The notes beneath the pieces are model-generated. The model searched no databases, was not told where the DNA came from, and saw only the letters and a list, made by a program, of their open reading frames with translations. Both the position numbers and the translations under genes were made by a program. Below, piece after piece: positions 24,230 through 37,500 of a stretch of 64,000 bases of DNA. The number at the start of each line of letters is the position of its first letter. Position 1 is the first letter of the stretch. This stretch comes from Rhynchobatus australiae (Eukaryota): the NCBI GenBank assembly GCA_034780895.1, contig JAUZTB010000127.1:17703532-17767531 (forward strand), read 5' to 3'.

Positions 24230-27200
24230 GTACGAGGAACGGGCCGGGACTTGGGCGCTCTCCTTCGGATTCAGAGTGGGAGGAGAGCTGGGATAAGACG
24301 TGATGGGGCGGGCTGAATCAGGCGGCCGGCACAGCCTGGTGGCGGCGGCCGCGGGTACGGTGGGTGACGGCCGGGCCTGTCCTGGCCGGGCCTCCCCCCG
24401 CCGCCGAGCAGAGCACGTTGGTTCCCCCGCACCGCTCGGCTTCGGGGCGGCTGAGCTCAGCGGGACGCCAGCCTACGGACAGAGACTCCGCTAAACGTTC
24501 AGTCATAGAAGGCACGTGTTGGAAATCGAAAATTGGGAAAAAAAACAAAACAGGGACCGCTGGAAGCATCGATCAGGAGGCGCCTGTGGATGGAGAAACA
24601 GTCCCTCCAGTCCACGTGGGGGTCTCGACCCGAAATGTCGACTGTCTGTTTCCCGTCCACAGATGCTGCTTGAATTCCTCCAGCTGTTTGTTTTTGCTCC
24701 AGATTCTGCAGTGTCCTCTGTCTCCCTCTCACGTGTTTATTTCTTTGTTAACTCAGTTTCCCTTGAGCATCTTCGGTTTTTAGTTTCTGAGAAATCCCGT
24801 GGAAAGCATCAGGCTGGTTTTCAGCTTCCCCCCGCACTTCGGACTTGGAGGCAGTGATGAGGTTCCGTGGTATATTATGGAAAAAGTTCCTGGAACGAGG
24901 GGCTACAGTTGAAAGAATAGTTTAGAGCTGAGACTGTTTTCTTTGGACAAGAAAAGGCCGAGGAGACATATAAAATACTGAGAGCTTTGGAGAGAGTAAA
25001 TCGTGGGGAGGCTGTTGGGGGCAAGAGGTCGCAGGTGTAAAACAGAGGGAAAGGGAATTAAGAGTGACGTGTCCGGAGCACACCGGGATGGATCATAACG
25101 TCCGGTCTTGAGTGTATGGAGATTGCACGCTCTCCCTGTGATGGTGTGGGTTTCCCTGGGTGTTCCTGTTTCCTCCCACATCCCAATGTATGCTAGTTGG
25201 TAAGTTAATTGGCTCCTATAAATTATCCCCAAGTGTAGGTGGGCACGTGAGAGGTAAATAAGGGGTGGGGGGTGATGAGATTGCTCCAATAGCCCATGTA
25301 GACTCAATAGGATTCTTCCCACATCATAATAAAATATGAAGTGGGGAAAGATTTCTATGCAGTGCATGGTAGCAATCTGAAATATATTTTCCTGGGGCAG
25401 GCTCCCAGAGGGATTTGGATAAATTTGCAATGCTGTGGAGAAAAGGCAGGTAAAAAGCCAGTGCAAACGTGATGAACCAAATAGCCTCCTTTTGCTGTAA
25501 TCATTCATCATTCTATGAATTCAAATTCTATGGCCAATTTTGTCTTGAACATATCTAAATAACTGTACAACTATACTTTATGTAGCATCTATTTTTAGAA
25601 ATATTAACTTCTGTGTTTTAATCATGCTGAAGGATATTGGTACTGCATGGGTAAACAATGGAAAGAAAACATGCCATTAATTTAGCTACTGCAAAACTGA
25701 GATTCAAAACAAAATTGGATAGTCAGAGTGGTCACATAATTAGATCTGTTAGGGAGTTCGAGTGATGAGAAGTGGTGAATGGGATATATTTTGGTTTGGA
25801 ATTGATTTGCAAGAAAGTTCTGAAATAGTTCTGATATATGCAATTGTAATGGTTATTGCTAGAAAGTTGATATGATATGGAAAGTATAATGGATAAATTC
25901 ACTTCATAGCATTTAACAACATTGCAAGATCCTAAGCCTTGATTTCCATTTAACGTGCTTGGAGGGTGTTACAAATTTCTGGGTTGGAGGGGAAGTAAGG
26001 GTTCCTGTCCTTGATTGCAATTCTTCCTGTAGGTAAAGGGAGAAAAAAAAACACCTAAAGATGAAAATCTGCAATACAGGTCCTCCCCAGGTTACAACAG
26101 GGTTCCATTCCTGTAAACTTTTTGACCCCAATAGTTTGCAAGTTGGAAATGTGATCCTGAACCATGTTCACACATGGCAGAAGGTGCCTGCAGCCCCAAG
26201 CAGCTGGCAAATCTATCCCATCAATCTCCCAAATGCTCATTTGTATGTAAGTGCTGTAAGTTAGGGAGGACCTGTAATGATGGAAGAACGTAGATCAGCC
26301 AGCATCCTTGAAATAGAATCAGAATCAAGTTTATTATCACTGACTTGTATGTTGTGAAGTTTGTTGTTTTGCAGCAGCAGTACAGTGTAAAGACTAAATT
26401 ACAAAATTGTGCAAAAACAAAAGGAATAACGAAGTAGTGTTCATGGACAGTTCAGAAATCTGAAGGCAGAGGGGAAGAAGCTTTTCCTAAATTGTCGAGT
26501 ATGGGTCTTCAGGCTCCTGTACCTCCTCCCCAGTGCTCGTAATGAGAAGAGGGCATGTCCCAGATGGTGAGGGTCCTTAGTGATGGATGCCACCTTCTTG
26601 AAGATGTCCTCAATCATGGGAAGGGTTGTGATTACGATGGAGCTGGCTGAGTCTACAACCTTCTGCAGCCTCTTGAGCCTCTACAGAAATTTGTAACACC
26701 CTCCAAGCATGTTAAATGGAAATCAAGGCTTAGGATCTTGTGTGTAGGACCCTCCATACCAGGCTGTGATTCAATCAGTCAGAATGCCGTCCACTGTACA
26801 TCTATAGACATTTGCAAGAGTCTTCAGTGATGTACAAAATCTCCTCAAACTCCTAACAAGGTAGAGCTGCTGATGTGCCTTCTTTGTGATTGCTCGAGGA
26901 TTAAAATTGGAAGAATGGGATGATTTAAAAAGGTGACGTGAAAATCACAATAGATTCTTAAGGTATTTAAGGATGCACTTTGGGATTTAAAAGTTTGAAA
27001 TTGAAGTACCTTATTATCCCAGAATGGATGTGTTCTTTTGAATTAATCTTCTTCACTACCTCATCTCACCAGGTACGCAAGGCTATTAATGCATTGAAGG
27101 AATATGTGAAGAAAAGCAAAAGTGATGCAAAGCTCTTTCTGAACGAAGATGAGACTATACTGCTAAAAGTCACAGTGTGGAAGATTCCAAAACGGCAGCA

Positions 27201-28544
27201 AACTATAAAAATGTAAGTAAACCAAAAGAGACTCCTTTGCTCTTGTGTGTGTGAAGACTGAGGCACGATAGGATGCCACATTTTCCTTGATTTGAAGAAA
27301 ATTGTTTTAATGTGGTGTTTGTTCAAAATCTTGATATTTAGTTTATTTCAAAATATTACAGAATAGCTCTTGCCTCCTTCAGTGTTGCACTTTTAACAGA
27401 ACATATTTGGAATATTTCGGAATACATAGGATGCAGCAAAATAAGGCCTTTTTTAAAAAAATCATTTTACATTGAGTATACCGTGTAGAAACAGTTCATT
27501 TTACTGTAAGTATGCAGTTCTCATTATTTCTCAGTAACTCTCAGCATTGCCCTCTACTTCATATGATTGTCTTCTCTTCTAATGCTACTAATCTATCAAT
27601 TGCAACTATTCCTGTGGTCGCAAATTTCATAATTTTAGCACTTTTGGGTATAAAGAAAATTCTCAACTCCCTATTCTTGAGTTGCTACCCTCTGTTGAAA
27701 CCCTCTAGCTTCATTCATCCACACTAATGTCTGGCAGAACTTTTCCTAATTTTAAAGATCTCTATTAGGCTTTATTTCAGCTTTTTAAGAGATCCAGCCT
27801 TTATCATTCCAGGTATAACTTCAAAGTTCTGATTTTCTCTTTGTTGACCTGTTTTTGTATCCTTTTCAGTGCCTCTATGTTGGTATAGTCTGCTGATTAG
27901 ATTGGAACATAGTACTTCCAAAGTGTGGTCAAACCAAGGTTCAGTGCATCCTTAGGACAACAACTCTACTTAACCCTGTATCTGCTTTGCTTTATTTTAC
28001 AATTGTTGACCTGTATTTCAACTTCTGTAACTATTTTAACTTGTACTTGAGCGATTCCTTTGTTCCCTAGCTCACTTAGCTTCTTATTTTTCAAGTACTG
28101 TGTAGTCTGTGATTTTACTAAAGCCTATTGGCTGGATTGTGCGTCATTGCGAGCAGTGGTTCTGGAGAGAACCAACACCCTCCACTGTTCAGAGTCTCTT
28201 TGGCTTTTGCATCTGCACAGAGCAGCACAAAGGGATGGAACATGCTGGAGGTCAGATGCCATTGTATTTACCCTCCTGCTCTTTCCCTCGACTCATTTCT
28301 GCTGTTGGAACCCATTACAACAATATTTAGCTAAAGTTTTGTTTTTTTTTGATATTTGTTACATACTAGCAACAACAGAAACACACCGAGACATGTATAA
28401 GTGTTAAAAGCTACTTTATTAATAACTACTTATGATAATAAGTANNNNNNNNNNNNNNNNNNNNNNNNNNNNNNNNNNNNNNNNNNNNNNNNNNNNNNNN
28501 NNNNNNNNNNNNNNNNNNNNNNNNNNNNNNNNNNNNNNNNNNNN

Positions 28545-28599
<55 letters not shown>

Positions 28600-31500
28600 T
28601 CTTAAAGGAACCTCACTAATACTAACCTAGTCCGTAACATATTACTCAATAATTTAATCTGTTTTTCATTACATTAATCCATGTAACCTTTTGTAAAATA
28701 TCTCTGAATGTTCAAGGCATTTAAAGCAGTGTGACATGCTTTTGACAATATTGTGCCATCAAAAGCCATCAGGGTGGTGCTGGGTGCTGTCACCTCAGGT
28801 TCTGCAGCCTGAAGTCTAGTTGCCACTAACAGTCGGTTCTGCTTAATGGAAGGGCAACATAGTGGAGGTCTCCTGCATGGTCTCTCAAGTGACTGCTGCA
28901 GCAGGTACTTGACTGTGGGATTTGCTGGGTGGCCAAATGTGGGTGACAGGTCAGATTGAGTCTGATTGGGCCCAAAACCCCTCATGTACCTATGTTGAAA
29001 TTTAGTTACCAATTTAAATGCCTGTTCAACAAATATATCGATATTGTATTGCAATATTTTCTGGTCATGTACAATTCACATCCACCTCTCCCCATCAACA
29101 CCAAATTTGATGTAAAAATACTTGAAAATTTTTGATTCCTGAAGTCAAAGTCATTAATATAAGTTGTGAACAGTAAGTGCAACCCCTTAACTTCGTCCAT
29201 CAAGAATTGTATGTAACACTGAAAATAACCCCAGATGATTCCCATTTTGACAAAGCAAACAGTTTGTTTGATTTAGGTATTTCCAATGTCTTAGATGTAG
29301 TTATTTTCTTTTGGTTTACATCTTAAAGAAAACATTATGTTGCTTCAAGCTGTGCTCTGTGTTAATGAGAAGTTAGAGAGCAGAAAGGATGGGGTATGGA
29401 GCTGAGATTGAGCAGAACAAAAGGTGATTCAGTTACTGGAGCCTAATAGGATGCTTCTGTTTTAGGGAAGTAGGGAAGGAAAACATATAGACTATTAAAG
29501 TCCTCTAGATGTGCACACAATCTCAAGAGTGAAGATGGTTGTAGACTAGTTAATGTAGATTGGTGTAAACCCTCTACACTGTATTTTGTGCCACAAGTAC
29601 TAAAATGTGATTTTTAATCTATGAAGTGGTTACCTCCAAACTCCAATACTACATCTTGTGCCATGATTGAAAAGGGGCTTGTATCAGAGGGGTTCTGATT
29701 GCTAATTCAATAGTGGCCTACCTTTAGTTACACCATTTTAACCCAGTAGATGTAAAGTTGCTTNNNNNNNNNNNNNNNNNNNNNNNNNNNNNNNNNNNNN
29801 NNNNNNNNNNNNNNNNNNNNNNNNNNNNNNNNNNNNNNNNNNNNNNNNNNNNNNNNNNNNNNNCCCAGTAGATGTAAAGTTGCTTGTTGCCAAAAAAAAG
29901 TTAGAATTTCTGTTTGTTGTGAATAGATGTTAATTCTGTAACTAAATGGATCAAGATATTTTTATTTTCAGGATCTGAGCAAGCTGGCAAGACCAGCATC
30001 TCTTGCCCATCCCTAAGTGCGCTAGAAAAGATGGTGGTGAGCCACCTCTTGAACTGCTGCAGTTCTTCTGAAAGCATAGGCGATGGTGTTTCTGGGGCAG
30101 GAGTTGTAAGATTTAATTGCATCAGTGATGAAGGGCCAGTGATATATTTCCAAGTCAGAATGATGCATGACTTGAGGGAAACCTTCCCATCATGGTGTTC
30201 CCATGCATCTGCTGCCCTTATTCTTCTTATTGATAAAGATTGCAAGTTTGGGAGTTGCTATTACAGAAATCTCGCTAAGGAACTGCAGTACATTTTTGTA
30301 GATGGTATGCACTGCAGCCACTGTGTGCCAGTGGTGGAGGGAATGAATGCTTGGGCAGTTTAATTGGGTGCCTATTAAGCAAGTTGCTTTGCCTTGGATG
30401 GTGTTCAGCTTCTTGAGAATTATTAGTGCTGCACTCATCTGAGCAAGTGGGAAGTATTCCAACATGTGCTTTGTAGTTGGTGGAAAGATCTTTGAATGTC
30501 AGGGGGTGAGCCTTTTGCCACCAACTTCTTAAACCAGCCTGTGATCTGCACATAATCATAGTGTTTATGTGGCTGGTCCTGTTGAGTGTCAATGGTGACC
30601 ACTGAATGTCAAGGGGAGGTGGTTAGATTTTCTCATTGGAAATGGTCATCACTCTGCACTTCTGTGGTTACTTGCCCCTTATCAGCCTGTGCCTAAATGT
30701 TATCTGGGTGTTGCTGCAAGCATCAGTTACTTCATCTTCTGAGGAGTTGTGAATGGAATTGAACATTATGCAATCATCAGTGAACATTTGCACTTCTGAC
30801 ATTGTGATGAAATAAGGTCATTAATGAAGCAGCTGAAGATAGTTGGGGTTAATACACTGCCATGAGGAATTTCTGCATTGATGTCTTGTGGCTGGTATGA
30901 TTAACCTTCAGTTAGGACAACCATCTTCCTTTGTCCCAAACATGGCTGGAATATATTCCCTTTTATGTCCATTGACTTCAGTTTTACCGGGGGCACACAC
31001 TTGGTCAAATGCTGCCTTGATGTCAAGGCTAGCCACTTTTGCCACACCTTTGGAATTCATCTCTTCAGTCTCTGTTTAGACAACATTACTCATACAAATA
31101 AATTAAGTTCAAAGTGTTGTAATGTTGGTCCAGAATTTGCACTTAGCTTTGAGCCAACAGCAGTCACCGCTCTCCTTATTTAAAAATTGACCACTTAACT
31201 TCAGTGATTGCCCTGGTGTGCAGCTCACCCAGGGATACTCGTTATTCACCATAAAATGGTAAGTGCTCTTACTACTTTTCTATCTTCACCCTGTTGTTAA
31301 TGTGGCTGTAATATCCCTTGAGGTTTTCACTTTAATTATCTAATTAAAATATTTGATATTGGCAATATTTGATAGTGGCGGTATCTAAATTTATAAACTG
31401 AGGATCACAATATATATAAAATATGTTAGGTAGGAAGCTGTAGTAAACTGCATGATTTAATTTTCAGTTTTATTACTTAGTGCTATGTAACTGCTTTGAA

Positions 31501-34500
31501 CAAGAAACCATGTGGCAATATTTTGTGGATAATTTTAAACTTTTTTTTTGCAGAAATCTGCCTCATAAAATTCGATCAGAGACGAAGGAAATTTGTCTCT
31601 TCACTAAAGATGAACCAAACATGACTGCTGATCAGACTAAGAAATTCTATAAAAATCTTCTCAATAAGCATCAGATTAAGAATATTACAGAGGTAGGCTT
31701 CAAAGCTGGGCAACTAATAACATGCTACTTCAGGTTGCCTCTTAGAAGTGAAATTATCTGTGAATATTTCTTTTAATATTGTTCTTTGTTGATGTGTGTG
31801 TTTCCCTGTAGTATTCTTCGAAATCTTGTAACTTGCTTAATTGTCATGTGGTGACTGATAGAACAGCTCATGAGCATCAAATTAGCAGGGTATCACCTCC
31901 ATCACTTTTTTTTAACCCTTTGTGAGGATTTTTAAAGTGTGGGAAAGGGATGTATTATAAATTGACATAATGCCTTCTGTGCCCCATCCTTCCCATGCAT
32001 TCACTTGAGTGCATGGAACTATGCCCAGGATTGAGAAAAGGCCTAATTCTGCAATAATAACCAAGGATTGGCGAAGTAGCTTGATATATAGTCTAATTTT
32101 TTTCTCTCTTCAAGTTGACTTCAGATATGTCCCATTGACTACTTCTGAAATTTCCTAGGGTTAGGGTGTACCGTTGGATTAAAAAAGAAGTTGCAGCGAT
32201 AAAAGCCATCAGAGGAATAAAATGTTTAAAATTATAGGGATCAATAATTTTCCATAGTCGAGGATAATTAATGAAATGTTCTCGTTGGAGAGACTAGTTT
32301 GTTCTAGTGTATTTCTATCTATTTTCTTTGGAAATTATATTCTATAATTGTGTAAATTAATTTCAAGCATGTTATTACATTGGTATGAAGGTTAATTTAT
32401 GTCAGAAATAACAAGTGGTGCTGAATTTGTCCAATTCCTTTTTGTTTGTGTTATAATTTTGTTGGTTAACTTTCGTGGTCCTTTTAAGACTTTACTGCGT
32501 TAATTTTTTTTGCATTGATTCTTACATGTATGTGTACTGGTTCTTGATTGTTTTCATTCAGTTTGTAATATTGTAAAGTAAAGAAAATTTATTGCAGCAA
32601 TAAAGGTTGGAGCAAAGAACCTAAAAGGTTGTACATTGCAGAGGCCTAGTCTTCCATTTCCAGGTTAGGTATCCAGAAAAGCAATAAAAGTTATGTTTTA
32701 ACTAGAATATGATTGAGCAACACCTTAAGTGGCAAATTGGTGTAATGTTAACCTACATTTTATTGTGTTAGGTCATTCCATATAACGTACTGAAGACAGA
32801 ATACAAACCATTTGAAGCAAAGCGTCGCTTGTTGAGCAGATTTGATCTGTTCCTGGCAGATGATCGAATCAGACGACTTTTACCTTCTCACGTGGGGAAA
32901 CATTTTTACAAATCTAAAAGGTAAGTTATGTAAACTTGCCATGATTTCTTATTATTTTAACCATTGCCCCAGGTATTGATCTCATTGTATTTTGAGCCTT
33001 CAGTAATCCTTTGATTGCTATATAAAATAAATACTAAGCTATTTCATTTATTTCTAAGTTGCAGTTGCTTATCCTCATTCAAACAGTGGCCGTCTGTAAA
33101 TATACCATTTTTGAATAATGAAGTGGATGAATTGGGCAACAGTTTCAGCACTGAGATGCAGAAATAATCATTAAAGTTGTATGTTGCCATTCCCAATAGG
33201 GAGTGCTTTCAGACTTGTAATGAGGCCAAGGGCTGAGTTCTGTTTGCTGCACCAACAAGTTTAAAGTTTTGTATCCATTTGAAAAAGAGTGTTCATAGAT
33301 ATATTGTGCCCTTCACTATCTAAGCTCTTTCCAGCCATTGGGTTTCGATATATAATGGCTGTTATAATTTAGGGAAATGAGGTGACCAATTTGCATACAC
33401 AAGTTTCACAACAATGTTGAGATAAATATTGGTTGAAGGATAAATGTTGACCAGGATACTGGAAGAACAGCTCTGCACTTCCTTGAATTGCACTTATTGG
33501 GATTTTTTTTTGTATTAAGGGTAGGTTGGACAATAACTTCTCACCAGAATGAAAGTGACCCTTGCATATTTCCTCACAATTTTGAATCTAGGTTATGCAC
33601 CTGCATCTCTGGAGTGAGGATCAACTCTCTTCTCGACTCCATGTTGAATGAGCTATATGTAACAGAGGTTGCACTCTGATACTGATGATTGTGTTCCTTT
33701 GGGTAGCTGATTGTTACAATTTTGGTTATGTGGGCACTTCAGTTAAATTGTCTTGTGAGGAATCTCTAGGGGTTCCTGTCCCTTAATTTATATGTGATCC
33801 GCAAAGTAAATCTGTGTTTTATCACTATTTTTATTACATGCACATTGTGTGTCATTAAATGGACAAAAATGCATTATTATAAAATAATTAATTATGTTAT
33901 CTAGTTTGAAATTCTATAGGTATCTTGATGTCCAGAACTACTTAGAAGCTCACAACTGCAATTAAATTGAACAATATATTGTGTCAAGCTAATGTTATTA
34001 GCGTGGACTTATTTTGATTTTGTTCTCTGTTTTCAGAGCACCTCTGTCAGTTAAACTGTCATCAAAGAACTTGGCAAAAGAACTGAATAAAATAATCCAG
34101 GGTACAATCCTAATGGTCAACAACAAGGGCAGCTGTTAGTGAGTATTAGGGCTTGTGTCTACATCATGTGTTTTCAGTATTTGAGAGAATCTGTCTTCTG
34201 GCCTAAGCTTGCAAAATTGTTAATTCTTTTTCAGTTACAAAACAGTTCTGAATGAAATTGATGAAAGAATGAATGTATTTGTAGAAATCCAAATTTTTTT
34301 GGAGTTACAGATTGTCATGCGCAATTTAATATTTGCTATGTACAAATTATATGTACGTAATTTCCAATCGTCACATTTATTTTGCATTAGAATCCCATCC
34401 AACTTGGTCTAGAAGGTGCACGCATCTATACCTCAAAGGTGTTGGGTGCTCCCAAAATTTGGTATCTTTTCTCGCCATCACTTCAAGACCATGCTTGAAT

Positions 34501-37500
34501 CCCAGTTCCATTTTCCCTAATCATCGGTAAACAAAATAGTGATCCCGATCTTCTATTCAGTGCATGGTCTACAGAACAGTCAAAAATATTAAGATTATAG
34601 TCTTAAATCGGAAAAACTAACNNNGATTTTTTTCATAACACTGTAGGGAGGAAAGAATTTTTAGGTACTGAATAAGATTTGGGTATGCTTCACAGATGGG
34701 GACTTAAAGAATGGAAAATGCTAAAAACACTACAGGTCAGGCAGCACCCGTGGAAAGAGAAAGAGTTAATGTTTCAGCTCAAGTTTTTGTCAGAACCAGG
34801 AAGAGAGAAAATGTGTTGGTTTTAAGTTTCAGAGAATGTAAGGATGGGAAGGACAAATGGAATATTTGATATGGTGAGCCCAGGGTTGTCATGGGGATCA
34901 ATTGTAAGGATTATCAGCTGATTGGTTAAAGAGGGCTGCTGGAGAGAGAGACAATGGACTGACAGCAGTTGGACAGTGGGAACACAAAACAAAAGAACGT
35001 TAAAGTGGTGAAGTGCTGGGTTGTGGGACATGCCCAGTACGTTAGACTGTGCCTGGAAAGAGAGAGAAAAACTGAACCAATATCACATTATATTGAATGT
35101 GTTCATATGAGGTAATGTCCTTACTCTCTTTTTCCTTCCCGTTGATGTTTCCTAGTCTATGCCTGTCTCTTAGTAGGATAAATGGAACAGTCTTTCTTTC
35201 AGTCCTACTTGCGTTCCTTCCCTCAACTTTTCTGATAACATCAACAATTGTATTGATGTTGCTGCTTCCTGCACTCGTACAGAACTCAATTCGGTTCTCC
35301 TTGTCTCCATCTTGGGCAATCGAATAGCAATAAATATTATTTCCAAGTCTGTGGACTCTCACAATCTGTGATACTGGCTCAGTTTTATTCTCTCCATTAG
35401 CACACCCTGACGTGAACATGTCCCACAGCTCTGCACTTTGCAACATTTGCGTTCTTTTGTTTCTTGCTCTCCAATTATCCTCTGCTCAAAACTTTTATTC
35501 ANNNNNNNNNNNNNNNNNNNNNNNNNNNNNNNNNNNNNNNNNNNNNNNNNNNNNNNNNNNNNNNNNNNNNNNNNNNNNNNNNNNNNNNNNNNNNNNNNNN
35601 NATCCTCTGCTCAAAACTTTTATTCATTCTCTCCCTCTCAACTACTCCCAACAATGCATCAACCAAATGACATCTACACCTTATTTTCACAGAAACCCTG
35701 TTCTTAGCCTGTCAGAAAGAATCCATTTGTCCTCTCCATCCCTCCCCCACACTCTCTGCAACATAAAACTAACTTGCTTTTTGCATTTCCATCTCCGGCA
35801 AAGGGTCATTGACCTGAAATGTCTCTATAGCTGCTACCTAGTCTGCTGAGTGTTTCTATCATTTTTTGTCTTTGTTTCTGATTTCCAATATCTGCAGTTA
35901 TTTTCATTTTCTAGCTGAATGCATTAGTTGTTGCCTTTGATTGAATATATGCATTTGGTGGAATTTCTTCTTTTCCTGTTAGTGCTTCCCAGGTAGCTCA
36001 CACTGGGATGAAGTTGGAGGAGGTAGTGGAAAATGTAACGGCTGCTATCCGCACTATTGAAGTAAAGTTGCCCCAGGTATGTTTGAAATTATTCTTTATG
36101 AATTTGTTGTTTGGATGATTTTGTCTTCATACTTCAACTTTCATTTTCTAGCCTGCCATTCCTCCAACATTTTTATCTTGTACTTTATTCTAAACATTTA
36201 TCTTTTAAGAGTGTGGAGTACTAGAGTGTTGCAAATGACATAAAGACGTTCTTTATGAAACATTAATTTTTTTTTCATTTGGATCCTGTGAACAAATTGC
36301 TGAAATGTGTTCAAGTGGCCAAAGTATATATTTACCTCAGAGCCTTCCATTTTTAATTGGTACAGTATGCAATGAAGAAATGTAGGAAACACAAGACTAT
36401 GCGCTTAACAATTACACTTTGGTTGTGTTTGTCTTCACTTGAGGTGATGAAAGTTTCTTTTTGGCCACCACAGCCATAGGCTGCAAGTCAGGCCATTACA
36501 TCACCTAGCCCCTTACGATTAGAACATTTTGTTATAAAGCATTTTATTAGATTCGCTTCTCAATTTAGAATTGCATCGTCATCAAATTTTGTTATTATAG
36601 GGAATTGAAATGAACGGAATAGGATTGAGAATAGATTAAATGCATTCTGTCAGAATCAGGCATAAGTTTATTTTCTTGGCAATGTTAACAATTTGGGATG
36701 GTTAAATTTTGAAATTCTGCAAACTTTGAATTTCGTACAAAAATTGGAAATTGAATTCTAATCCTAGGCCATTAGCTTCCTCGAGCATTTTTGCATTGTA
36801 CACCGCATGGCTTGGGGAATTCAGAATCCAGCATTGCTAGTCTCGTTTTTTGTGGTATTATTCACCTTAATATCTTGGCATGCTTTATCACATCTGTAAT
36901 TGTGGTTACAAATGGCACTATGAATTTATTAAAATAAGCTTGCTCAGCAGTATGTGTCTTTTGCAGCATTGGTCTGGCAAAATGACTCTGGTTTTACTTC
37001 CAAGGATTACGAGGACCTTCTTGACAGTATCTCATCTATTTTCCGCACTTGCCTAAGAGTGTTTTTTTTCTTCTGGCCACAGCAATGGAAAAATGTGAAA
37101 ATTCTTCACCTGAAAACTGCAAATTCTCCTGCACTTCCTATATATACATCTGATATGTATAACCTTAAGGAACTTCAAAAGAACAATCCCAAGAAACAAA
37201 AGAAAACAGTAAGTAGGAGACACAAGAAATTCTGCAGATAATCTGAAGCAATACACAAAAAGTGCTGGAGAAACTCAGCAGGTCAGGCAGCATCCATGGA
37301 AGGAAATAAACAGTCAACATTTCGGGCTNNNNNNNNNNNNNNNNNNNNNNNNNNNNNNNNNNNNNNNNNNNNNNNNNNNNNNNNNNNNNNNNNNNNNNNN
37401 NNNNNNNNNNNNNNNNNNNNNNNNNNNNACTTCTTGTTTGCTTCTTCTACCCATCACCTCTCAGCTCATTACATCTCTTTCACACTCCCCCACCTACCTA

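Larger units (their letters stand above)
24085..24740 (+). promoter_or_regulatory. CpG island / RSL1D1 promoter and start of intron 1, with E-box cluster
   Basis: Abrupt GC- and CpG-rich stretch around the ATG at 24206; CACGTG at 24194, 24513, 24613 and 24730. Confidence 0.85.

Noticed and set aside
24854-24931. GTGATGA ... CTGA with C/D snoRNA-like spacing
   Set aside because: No proper terminal stem, and the D box falls in a CR1 3' remnant.
29742-29885. 22-bp direct repeat flanking a 100-N gap; likewise 35477-35626 (25 bp) and 45866-46023 (29 bp)
   Set aside because: Identical sequence on both sides of a fixed-size gap indicates overlapping contig ends, not real duplications or TSDs.
31986-32039. 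10-bp hairpin followed by AGAAAA (H-box-like) in RSL1D1 intron 3
   Set aside because: No second hairpin ending in ACA, and the pocket geometry is off.
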